DNA from: Capsulimonadaceae bacterium
GTDB lineage: Bacteria > Armatimonadota > Armatimonadia > Armatimonadales > Capsulimonadaceae
Direction: 5' to 3'
DNA length: 64,000 nt
NCBI GenBank assembly: GCA_965215505.1
Contig: OZ244065.1
Location: 1,344,001-1,408,000, forward strand
Numbering within the stretch: position 1 is the stretch's first letter; each line of letters starts with the position of its first letter. This document shows, piece by piece, positions 8,402 to 19,057 of the stretch. A program made the translations under genes and the position numbers. Below the pieces are notes generated by a model that worked only from the letters and a program-made list of their open reading frames with translations, did no database searches and was not told the origin of the DNA.

Positions 8402-10945
8402 ATGTCCATGCTTTCTTGTTCCCGCCCGAGGCGCAGGCTGCCCCTCGCCGCCTTCGGTGTCACGCTGCTTGGGTTGACCCATTTCCCCCACCCCGCCCGC
8501 GCCCAGACCGCCGTTCTGACGCAGAACAACGACAACGCGCGGACGGGCGCGAACACCGCCGAGGCGACGCTGACGCCCGCCGCCGTGAGCGGCGGCCATT
8601 TCGGCAAGCTGTTCACGATCACCGGCCTGAACGCCGACGTCAATGGCCAGGCCCTCTATGTCCCGCGCGTCACCGTCAGTGGGGCGGTTCATAACGTCCT
8701 CTACGCCTACACGTCCAACAACACCGACCACTCCCCGTGCGGGCTGTACGCCTTCGACGCCGACACCGGTGCGGCCCTCTGGCGGACGGCACTGCCGAAT
8801 TCCGCCACCTACACCACCGCCGCCCCCGTCATTGATCAGGCCGCCGACACACTGTATGTGCTGACAAAGACCGACAACGACGACACCGGGCTGACCTTCC
8901 TGCGCGCCTTCGACATCACGACCGGCGCGGAGAGGAACGGCAGCCCCGTTCAGGTCACGGCCAGCGTGCCGGGCACCGGAGACGGCAGCGTGGGCGGCGT
9001 CGTCTCCTTCGACGGGCCGGCGGCGGGCGGGCGCTTCCACGCCAACGACCGGCCGGCCCTGCTGCTCTTGAACGGCGTCGTTTATGCCGCCTTCGCCCAC
9101 AACTCCGACAGCTTCCCCTACCACGGCTGGATCATCGGCTACCGCTATGACGGCTCCCACTTCACCCAGACGGCGGTCTTCTGCACCACCCCGAACGGCG
9201 GCGACGGCGGCGTCTGGCAGGCCGGCAAGGGGCTGACGGCGGACGCGGCGGGGTTCCTCTACTGCTCGGTCGGCAACGGCACGTTCGACGCGAACACCAA
9301 AGGCATCACGTCGGGCACGGACTACGGCATGTGCTACCTGAAGATGCGCGCCTCGGACCTGTCCGTCGTGGACTGGTTCGCCCCCCATGACGAGCAGACT
9401 CAGAGCAGCAAGGATTTGGACCTGGGCAACAGCGGTTTGGTGGGCATCCCCGGCACGACGCGGCTGTTCGGGGGCGCGACCAAATTCGGGACGGGCTTCC
9501 TGCTGGACAGCACGAACCTGGGGCAGTTCACGGCGGGCGGTCCGGACAAGGCGCTGCTGCGCCTGGACGGCCTGACGGGCGACGACTCGGTGGGCCAGAA
9601 CCCGGTTTCCTGGGACGCGGGGGCGGTCAAGTACGTCTACCTGTGGGCGGGCGGCTCCAACCCGGAGCAGTTCCGGTATGACCCTGCCGTGGGCACGTTC
9701 AGCCCGGCAGGCACCTATAAGGAGGGCAGCGGGCTGACATCGGGCGCCTCGCTGGCCCTCTCCTCGGCGGGCACCGGCGGCGGCATCCTCTGGGGCGTGG
9801 GCGGCGACAACATCGTCCGGGCCTTCGACGCCTCGGATGTTTCCAAAACGCCGTTCTGGACCAGCGCCCAGAACTCCGCGCGGGACGGCCTGCCCTCGGT
9901 GGGGCACTTCCAGTTCCCGACGGTCGTGGACGGCAAGGTTTATGTCCCGACCGGTGCCCACACCATCGCCGTCTACGGCCTGCTGACCCCGCCCCCCGTC
10001 CACACGCACCTGCTGTGGAATAACAGCGACGGCCGCGTCATGCTGTGGAGCGTCGCCCCCGACGGCTCCTTCACGCTCAACGGCTTCGGGCCGTACACCG
10101 ACGGGGCACCGCAGAACGTCTGGCACGCCACCGCCGTCGCGACGGGGCCGGACGGCAAGAGCCACCTGCTCTGGAACAACACGGACGGGCGCGTCATGCT
10201 CTGGACCGTGGACGACGGCGGCAGCTTCACCTACTCCGGCTACGGGCCGTACACGGACGGGGCGGCGGGCAACGCCTGGAGCGCGACGGCGGTTTCGGTG
10301 GGTCCTGACAATGTCGTGCACCTGCTGTGGAACAACACCGACGGGCGCGTCATGCTGTGGAACGTCGCCCAGGACTTCAGCTTCAATTTGGCCGGGTACG
10401 GCCCGTACACCGATACCTCGGTCAGCCAGGACCCCGGCAACCTGTGGTCGGCGGCAGCCCTTGCGACCGGGCCGGACAACAAGAGCCGGATCGCCTGGAA
10501 CAACGCCGACGGCCGCGTCATGCTCTGGGACGTGGATTCGGCGTTCAACTTCACCCTGGCGGGCTACGGCCCCTACACCGACGGGGCACCCCAGAACAAG
10601 TGGAGCGCGGCGGGCGTCTCGGTGGGCGCGGACAACCTGACCCACCTGCTGTGGAGCAACACGGACCACCGGGCCATGTTCTGGGACGTTGACAGCGCGT
10701 TCGGCTTCACGCTGGCCGGCTATGGCCCCTACACCGACAACAGGGCGAACAACCTGTGGTCGGCCACTGCCCTCGCGACGGGTCCGGACGGCCTGAGCCA
10801 CATCCTGTGGGGCAACACGGACGACCGGGCGATGCTGTGGGGTGTTGATAGTGCCTTTGGCTTCACCGTCGCGGGCTACGGGCCGTACACCGACAACGGC
10901 GCGAACAACCTCTGGTCGGTGACTGCCGTTTCCGCAGGCCCCTGA
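8402..10945 (+). CDS. secreted PQQ-like beta-propeller protein with C-terminal six-repeat domain
   Basis: Signal peptide; VLTQNNDNARTGANT, YHGWIIGY, GGVWQAG, FQFPTVVDGKVYV; six ~53-aa repeats. Confidence 0.8.
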   Translation: MSMLSCSRPRRRLPLAAFGVTLLGLTHFPHPARAQTAVLTQNNDNARTGANTAEATLTPAAVSGGHFGKLFTITGLNADVNGQALYVPRVTVSGAVHNVLYAYTSNNTDHSPCGLYAFDADTGAALWRTALPNSATYTTAAPVIDQAADTLYVLTKTDNDDTGLTFLRAFDITTGAERNGSPVQVTASVPGTGDGSVGGVVSFDGPAAGGRFHANDRPALLLLNGVVYAAFAHNSDSFPYHGWIIGYRYDGSHFTQTAVFCTTPNGGDGGVWQAGKGLTADAAGFLYCSVGNGTFDANTKGITSGTDYGMCYLKMRASDLSVVDWFAPHDEQTQSSKDLDLGNSGLVGIPGTTRLFGGATKFGTGFLLDSTNLGQFTAGGPDKALLRLDGLTGDDSVGQNPVSWDAGAVKYVYLWAGGSNPEQFRYDPAVGTFSPAGTYKEGSGLTSGASLALSSAGTGGGILWGVGGDNIVRAFDASDVSKTPFWTSAQNSARDGLPSVGHFQFPTVVDGKVYVPTGAHTIAVYGLLTPPPVHTHLLWNNSDGRVMLWSVAPDGSFTLNGFGPYTDGAPQNVWHATAVATGPDGKSHLLWNNTDGRVMLWTVDDGGSFTYSGYGPYTDGAAGNAWSATAVSVGPDNVVHLLWNNTDGRVMLWNVAQDFSFNLAGYGPYTDTSVSQDPGNLWSAAALATGPDNKSRIAWNNADGRVMLWDVDSAFNFTLAGYGPYTDGAPQNKWSAAGVSVGADNLTHLLWSNTDHRAMFWDVDSAFGFTLAGYGPYTDNRANNLWSATALATGPDGLSHILWGNTDDRAMLWGVDSAFGFTVAGYGPYTDNGANNLWSVTAVSAGP
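10001..10942 (+). repeat. six tandem ~53-aa coding repeats
   Basis: HLLWNNxDGRVMLWxVxxxxxFTxxGYGPYTDxxxxNxWSATAVxxGPD repeated six times. Confidence 0.9.
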
Positions 10946-11071
10946 CCGCTTCATGCTTTCCCGGAAGAGAGGGCATACCGGCTGGTGCGCCCCCTCCTCC
11001 CATTCCCCAGCGTCCGCAGCGACCAGAAGTGTGGCTTTTCGAGTGCATCGCGCGACAAGTGCTTCTTTTGC

Positions 11072-11101
11072 TTGACACCCCGGCCCCCACCCCGCTATAC
11101 T
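11072..11101 (+). promoter_or_regulatory. sigma70-type promoter of acnA
   Basis: TTGACA-18 bp-TATACT. Confidence 0.75.
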
Positions 11102-11136
11102 GAGTGTAAAGATTTTGAGCAAAGGGACCCCGCTAC

Positions 11137-14067
<2,931 letters not shown>

Positions 14068-14075
14068 GCGGAAGA

Positions 14076-14105
14076 GGCCCCCTGCCGGTTGGCGGGGGGC
14101 TTTTT
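14076..14105 (+). terminator. intrinsic terminator after acnA
   Basis: ggccccctgcc-ggtt-ggcggggggc followed by ttttt. Confidence 0.75.
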
Positions 14106-14274
14106 GCTGCCTGGGGCGAGCGGCACTTTTGGACCTACCCCCGCCGCGAGCGGCGACCCCTCCCTGTTAGGGAAGGGTGAGAGGGGAAACTGTTCGTTTT
14201 GGTTTTGGCAGCCGGCCCCCGGCCCAGAAAAAGCCCCCACCCCAGCCCCTCCCTTTGCAACGATTACAGGCCGC

Positions 14275-14299
14275 GTAGGGGCAGGCCCCTGTGCCTGCC
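14275..14299 (+). repeat. GTAG-type REP element
   Basis: GTAGG-ggcaggc-ccctgt-gcctgcc hairpin. Confidence 0.65.
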
Positions 14300-14618
14300 G
14301 TCCATGGGCGAATGCCGAGGGGCGTCTGTTAGGAGGGTAAGAGGAGCGGCGAGGCTGACTTGGGGGACGCTTCTTTTGGTGGCAGGTTTGGTATAATGCC
14401 TTGTGGGGACAGGCAACCGGGCGTTGCGCGAATGTTCTTTGTCGCGATAATAGCCTCTATGGGAGCGTGTCTTGCCGCGAGCAGTTCGCGGGGTTGGCAG
14501 CGATCGTTGTTGCTGTAAGTTGCTGCGGCCAGCTCGCGGCGAAAGCCGCTGTTATAGTAGCAAGTTAGACCGCTGGACCGCGGGTTTTCTGTTGCCCGTT
14601 GCCAAAAAAGGAAATGTC

Positions 14619-14858
14619 ATGACGCCTAAAGTGAGATTCTGCCGCAATGTTGTTGCCGGCGCGGGAATGTTTATTCTGCTGGGTGCGGTTTCTTCAGTCG
14701 TCATAAATCCTGCTAAGTGGTGGGATGGGTTGGAGATGTTTGGTGTGGCCTTCATGTGCTGGACTATTGTAGGCCAAATCAACAGGCGAGAGGGCGGCTG
14801 GCACAAGGAAGCCTTCATTAAGAACTCGGATACCGAGTCGGAGCCATGGTCCGCCTGA
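14619..14858 (+). CDS. small two-TM hypothetical protein (cassette 1 ORF)
   Basis: 79 aa, two hydrophobic segments, lower GC; TGA stop lies inside the R'' box of the attC. Confidence 0.7.
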   Translation: MTPKVRFCRNVVAGAGMFILLGAVSSVVINPAKWWDGLEMFGVAFMCWTIVGQINRREGGWHKEAFIKNSDTESEPWSA

Positions 14859-14951
14859 CACCGTGCTGCACCTGACGTCACCTGCGCCTTGTCCTGTTCG
14901 CATTCGTTTGGCTGTGCGGGCAGATGTCGCCGGTGAGCGCCACCGTTGGGC
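14853..14951 (+). mobile_element. attC site 1
   Basis: R'' GCCTGAC, 5-nt spacer, L'' GCTGCACC ... L' GGTGAGC, 6-nt spacer, R' GTTGGGC; 99 bp. Confidence 0.85.
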
Positions 14952-14968
14952 CGCAGACGCAAGCTCCA

Positions 14969-15268
14969 ATGGTTAAAGAGGTCATGAAAGACAGGCTCAC
15001 TAATTTTATCAAACGGTGTTTTAATCCAAGCAATTGGCTATCGCTATTCAACCAGCGTTGCCCAGTGTGCAAGCGAAAGGAGCTAGAATTCATCGCTGGC
15101 TTGCTTCGTTCTCATCCCAGGCCGACCCCAAACTATTACCAATGTCGCCACTGTGGGGCTAGGTCAAAGCAATTGTTCAATGGCCCTTTGGAGGATGCGT
15201 CCGGGCGCGAGGACAGCCGCTACTATGATCCGAGTCATGTAGGGCATAAGCATCACCGGCTGATGTAG
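14969..15268 (+). CDS. small zinc-ribbon hypothetical protein (cassette 2 ORF)
   Basis: CPVC and CRHC pairs; lower GC; lies between two attC sites; start could be 14984. Confidence 0.65.
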   Translation: MVKEVMKDRLTNFIKRCFNPSNWLSLFNQRCPVCKRKELEFIAGLLRSHPRPTPNYYQCRHCGARSKQLFNGPLEDASGREDSRYYDPSHVGHKHHRLM

Positions 15269-15282
15269 CTTCACTTGTTGCG

Positions 15283-15380
15283 GCCCAACACGGCGCTGCA
15301 CCGGACGTCACCCGTCATTTCGCTCTGCTGGGTCAATTGGCTGTGCCGTTAGGTGTCGCCGGTGAGCGCCCCCGTTAGGA
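15283..15380 (+). mobile_element. attC site 2
   Basis: R'' GCCCAAC, L'' GCTGCACC ... L' GGTGAGC, R' GTTAGGA; 98 bp; closely similar to attC 1. Confidence 0.88.
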
Positions 15381-15388
15381 AACATACC

Positions 15389-16987
15389 ATGTCAAAGCTA
15401 CACCGCACCGCTGCCGCTGCCATCGCGCTCACCGGCACATTCCTCAGCCCAGCCGTCGCCGGAATCCAATGGCCGCGCGAACAGCTTCTCCCCACATTCG
15501 CCAAGCCTGCTCCCACGCAAGATCTCATTTCGATCCCGCCGGCGGGAAGCACGTCCCCGAAAGCGGAAGCCGTTCTGTTCAGCTCGCTCAAGGGCCTGGT
15601 CAACCGAACGAAGCCCCGGATCTGGACGGCGGAAGGAGCAGGAGAGGGCAAGTACGAATGGCTTGCCGAGCTTGGCCTCACCTCCAAAGAGCCTAGCGAT
15701 CCCTGGGCGCTCATCACCAAGTACCGGCCCGAGATCAAGGGCATTATCGTGTATGACGACGCCCAGCCGGACACGATCAACCTCGCCACCACCATCGCCG
15801 GGTCCACGGACGCGCTGGTCGCGTCCCCGGAGCTTGCGGCGAAGCTGACCGGTGCGCCCTACTCGCTCCCGATCCTCAAGGACCTGCGCGGACAGTTTAG
15901 AGGACGGCTCGCGGTGTATCAGTATTTGTACGATCATTACTGGGCCACGACGACCCACCGCGTCCTGACCGGCCTCAACCCCACGGCGGTGTACGGGAAC
16001 CTGCGGGAGTACGCCGTGGCCATCAACTCCACGGTCCTCTGGCTTGATCCTCGGGAACCCAGGGAGAAGGCGCTCCTCGACCGCTTCCTGGCGTCCATGG
16101 GACCCGGAACGCTGTACATGGGGTGGTGGGCCGAGGAAGGGTCGGGCGTCAGCGCCGCGTCCGCCTATGGCATCGTCACCTGCGCCAGCGATTTCTCGAC
16201 CAACCTGACGAACTTCGGCGGCACCTCGCGGAAGGTCACGGTCAGGCGGGCACCGGCGGCGATCCCCCCGGTCGAGAACAAGATCTATGTGGCGTTCATC
16301 ATCAGCGACGGTGACAACTTCCAGTACCTGGAGCATCACTTTCATCAGATGTGGCTCGACCCCGAGCGCGGGAAAGTCCCGATGGGCTGGACGGTGTCGC
16401 CGGCGATGCTCGACGCCATGCCGGGCGTTCTCAACTACTACTACAAGACCGCGACCGACAACGACTGCCTCCTCAGCGGCCCCTCCGGCTACGGCTACAC
16501 CTACCCGAACGAGTGGCACGACGGCGATGCGCTCAACCATTTCGTGGCAAAGTCCGACGACTACTGCAACCGCGCGGGACTGCGGATCATCACGATCTGG
16601 AACACGATCACTGGGGGCATCGCTCCCAACGTCGGCGACGCCTACGCGAAACACGCGCCGTCGTTGCTGGGCTTGACCGGCCAGAACGCCGGTGGGGGTT
16701 TGACGATCTACGACCACACGCTTCCGGGCTTCGCCCTCTCGGCGACCTACTGCGGCGTGATGGGCCATCTGGTCCGGGAGGTCAAAGGTGGCTCCGCGGG
16801 CTGGGACGGCAGATCGCCGCGTTTCCTGATCATTCAGGCCGAACCGTGGCACGGCCTGATGCCGGCCGACTTCGTCACGTTCGTGAAGGGCCTCAACTCC
16901 GATTACAAGATCGTCCGGCCGGACACCCTCTTCAAGATGATGCGCTCGGTCAATCAGCTCCCGACCGACCCATTGGGATCGAAATAG
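15389..16987 (+). CDS. GxGYxYP-family putative glycoside hydrolase
   Basis: Signal peptide; ISDGDNFQY, RGKVPMGWT, SGPSGYGYTYP. Confidence 0.85.
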   Translation: MSKLHRTAAAAIALTGTFLSPAVAGIQWPREQLLPTFAKPAPTQDLISIPPAGSTSPKAEAVLFSSLKGLVNRTKPRIWTAEGAGEGKYEWLAELGLTSKEPSDPWALITKYRPEIKGIIVYDDAQPDTINLATTIAGSTDALVASPELAAKLTGAPYSLPILKDLRGQFRGRLAVYQYLYDHYWATTTHRVLTGLNPTAVYGNLREYAVAINSTVLWLDPREPREKALLDRFLASMGPGTLYMGWWAEEGSGVSAASAYGIVTCASDFSTNLTNFGGTSRKVTVRRAPAAIPPVENKIYVAFIISDGDNFQYLEHHFHQMWLDPERGKVPMGWTVSPAMLDAMPGVLNYYYKTATDNDCLLSGPSGYGYTYPNEWHDGDALNHFVAKSDDYCNRAGLRIITIWNTITGGIAPNVGDAYAKHAPSLLGLTGQNAGGGLTIYDHTLPGFALSATYCGVMGHLVREVKGGSAGWDGRSPRFLIIQAEPWHGLMPADFVTFVKGLNSDYKIVRPDTLFKMMRSVNQLPTDPLGSK

Positions 16988-17016
16988 ATTGAAATCGGAG
17001 TAAACGGCACCGGATC

Positions 17017-17139
17017 GTGAAAACATTGACCGAAGCCCTTGCCGAAGTGGAAGACGACACTCAGGAGCGCGGGAGCCTGAACATCCTGCTGCCGACGGAG
17101 TATCCGTTGGAGGAATAGACCGAGGCAGTGGCCGCTTGA
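17017..17139 (+). pseudogene. C-terminal remnant paralogous to the 17641-17919 gene
   Basis: EALAEVEDDTQERGSLNILLPTEYPLEE*TEAVAA aligns without gaps to EDLAAVEDDLQEQEHLNILMATGEPLEEEAEAITA (21/35 identical); internal TAG. Confidence 0.8.
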
Positions 17140-17170
17140 CCCCGCCCACCCTCGTCTGAGGCACACAGGG

Positions 17171-17204
17171 AACAGCCCCGCGCCATTCGGCGCGGGGCTG
17201 TTTT
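17171..17204 (+). terminator. intrinsic terminator
   Basis: aacagccccgcgcc-attc-ggcgcggggctgtttt. Confidence 0.8.
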
Positions 17205-17261
17205 GGCAGGCCCACCGGGTACACTGACGGCACGGAGTCATTTCAGGGAGGAAGAGACGGC

Positions 17262-17654
17262 ATGGCGGACAGGATGTGGGAGGCGATGAGCCTGGAACGG
17301 CTGCGGGCGGCGAAGGCGTTGCTGGATTTGGGGTTCTGGCGCGACAGCATCAGCCGGTCTTATTACGCCGCCTATAGCGCGGCCACGAGCGTCGTCATGG
17401 AACAAGCGGCTGCGTTCCCACACGGGTTCCGAAATCCCTCACACGAACAACTGCCGGACTTGATCCTGAACGTCGGGCGTGTGCCGATGGCGAATCGCCG
17501 GAGGGTCAAGCGGCTGCTGAGGAACCTACGTCACTCACGGGAAGATGCGGATTATCGTCCGTATGCTTCCGTCCCTCGTGACGTTGTCCTGAGTTGCATC
17601 CACAACGCGGTTGCGGTACAGACACTTTTGGGGGTGAAAGATGGAGATGACTAA
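17262..17654 (+). CDS. HEPN domain protein (UPF0332-like)
   Basis: SISRSYYAAYSA, PSHEQL, REDADY. Confidence 0.8.
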   Translation: MADRMWEAMSLERLRAAKALLDLGFWRDSISRSYYAAYSAATSVVMEQAAAFPHGFRNPSHEQLPDLILNVGRVPMANRRRVKRLLRNLRHSREDADYRPYASVPRDVVLSCIHNAVAVQTLLGVKDGDD

Positions 17655-17919
17655 GCAGCAGGTGGCTCAAAAGGTTCGGGACCGTCTGGTCGGCGTGGAG
17701 CCGGGCGGGGTGACGCTTCATGTGGTGGACGAGGACGTGTACAAAGTGGACGACTGGTGGCGCGTCCCGATCCGGCCCAGCCGCTGGCCGAAACGGATGT
17801 CGGATTTCTATGAGGACTTGGCCGCCGTGGAGGATGACCTCCAGGAACAGGAACACCTGAACATCCTGATGGCGACCGGAGAGCCTCTGGAAGAGGAGGC
17901 CGAGGCAATAACGGCGTAA
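17641..17919 (+). CDS. small acidic protein, putative HEPN partner/antitoxin
   Basis: 92 aa, overlaps HEPN stop by 14 nt; no GS/DxD nucleotidyltransferase signature recognised. Confidence 0.65.
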   Translation: MEMTKQQVAQKVRDRLVGVEPGGVTLHVVDEDVYKVDDWWRVPIRPSRWPKRMSDFYEDLAAVEDDLQEQEHLNILMATGEPLEEEAEAITA

Positions 17920-17927
17920 CACATGAT

Positions 17928-17956
17928 GCCCCCCGCCAAATGGCGGGGGGCTTTTT
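17928..17956. terminator. terminator between convergent genes
   Basis: gccccccgcca-aa-tggcggggggc-ttttt. Confidence 0.8.
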
Positions 17957-19032
17957 CATGGTCTGTACAAAGGCGGCAGGTCGTTCTCGAACAGGGTAAG
18001 CGGGTCCCGGTAGAAGGTCAGGAAGTCCGGCACGCTCGGGTGGCCGGGAAACGGGGCGTAGTAGTGGGTCGCGCTTCGGACGTCGTTGCGCCAGACCAGC
18101 GCGTAGCACAGTTGCAGCCCCTCGGTCTTCAGGGTCGGCAGCAATGTCTCCGTCCACCAGGCCGGGTCGGCGATTGATTCCAGGCCGGTTTCGGTGAAGG
18201 CGGCCAGCTTCCCAGCCTTCCGGGCGTAGTCCGAGACGATCTTGAGCTTTCCAATCCCCGCATCGAGGTCGTACTTGCCGTCCCGGCCGAAGTCGGCGTA
18301 GTCGTCCATCCCCAGAAGGTCAACCCACTCGTCCCCTGGATAGCGTTCCAGGTACTCGGCTTCCGTGCTAAACAGGCAGTCCGGGGAAAAGGCATAGAGG
18401 AAGTTGTGAACGCCCAGGTCGTCCCGCAGATGGGAGACGGTGAAGTGCCACAGGGCGAGGAAGTCTTCCCGCGTGCAGTGGGGCACTCCCCACCAGAACC
18501 AGGCCCCGTCGAACTCGTGGTAGGGGCGGAAGATCAGCGGGGCGAGTGTGCCGTCTCGCCCGACGACGGAGTGAGCGAGGTCGGCGATGTCGGCCAGGAT
18601 CAGCTTATAGTGTTCGTGGTGCGAGCCGCCGGGGAGCAGGTGGGCCACGGCCGGGAGGGACCCGGCGCTCTTCCAGTTGAAGTCGGTGCCCGAGACGGGG
18701 TTGTCGAGGTGCCACGAGAGGGTCGTCAGCCCGCCCCGGTCGTAGGTCGCGATGATGTTTTGTCTCAGCGACGCTTTGGTCTTCTCGAGATCTTCTCTGA
18801 GCCTGCCGGAAAGGCCGTTGAGGTCCACCCCGATGACGGCGGGGTGGGAGCCGGTGACGGAGCGGACGTCCGAACGGTCGGGGTCGCCGGACCAGCCGTG
18901 TCCGTATTCGGTCGCGTGCTGGTGGCCGAACAGGACGTGCTTTTCGGACAGTTTGAGCAGGTTGTCAAACAGCGCGACCGTCTGCTCCGTCGCCCCGGCA
19001 TCAACTAATTTCTGGTTTGTCGCCATGGTCAT
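17956..19032 (-). CDS. GH26 beta-mannanase
   Basis: LFGHQH, IFRPYHEFDGAWFWWG, YPGDEWVDLLGMDDY, AAFTETG. Confidence 0.92.
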   Translation of the reverse strand: MTMATNQKLVDAGATEQTVALFDNLLKLSEKHVLFGHQHATEYGHGWSGDPDRSDVRSVTGSHPAVIGVDLNGLSGRLREDLEKTKASLRQNIIATYDRGGLTTLSWHLDNPVSGTDFNWKSAGSLPAVAHLLPGGSHHEHYKLILADIADLAHSVVGRDGTLAPLIFRPYHEFDGAWFWWGVPHCTREDFLALWHFTVSHLRDDLGVHNFLYAFSPDCLFSTEAEYLERYPGDEWVDLLGMDDYADFGRDGKYDLDAGIGKLKIVSDYARKAGKLAAFTETGLESIADPAWWTETLLPTLKTEGLQLCYALVWRNDVRSATHYYAPFPGHPSVPDFLTFYRDPLTLFENDLPPLYRP

Positions 19033-19057
19033 TTTGGTCTTCCCGTAAGATGTTAGC

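Noticed and set aside
10001-10942. Repeats as a CRISPR array or DGR template
   Set aside because: In-frame protein repeats with synonymous variation; no spacers, cas or reverse transcriptase genes
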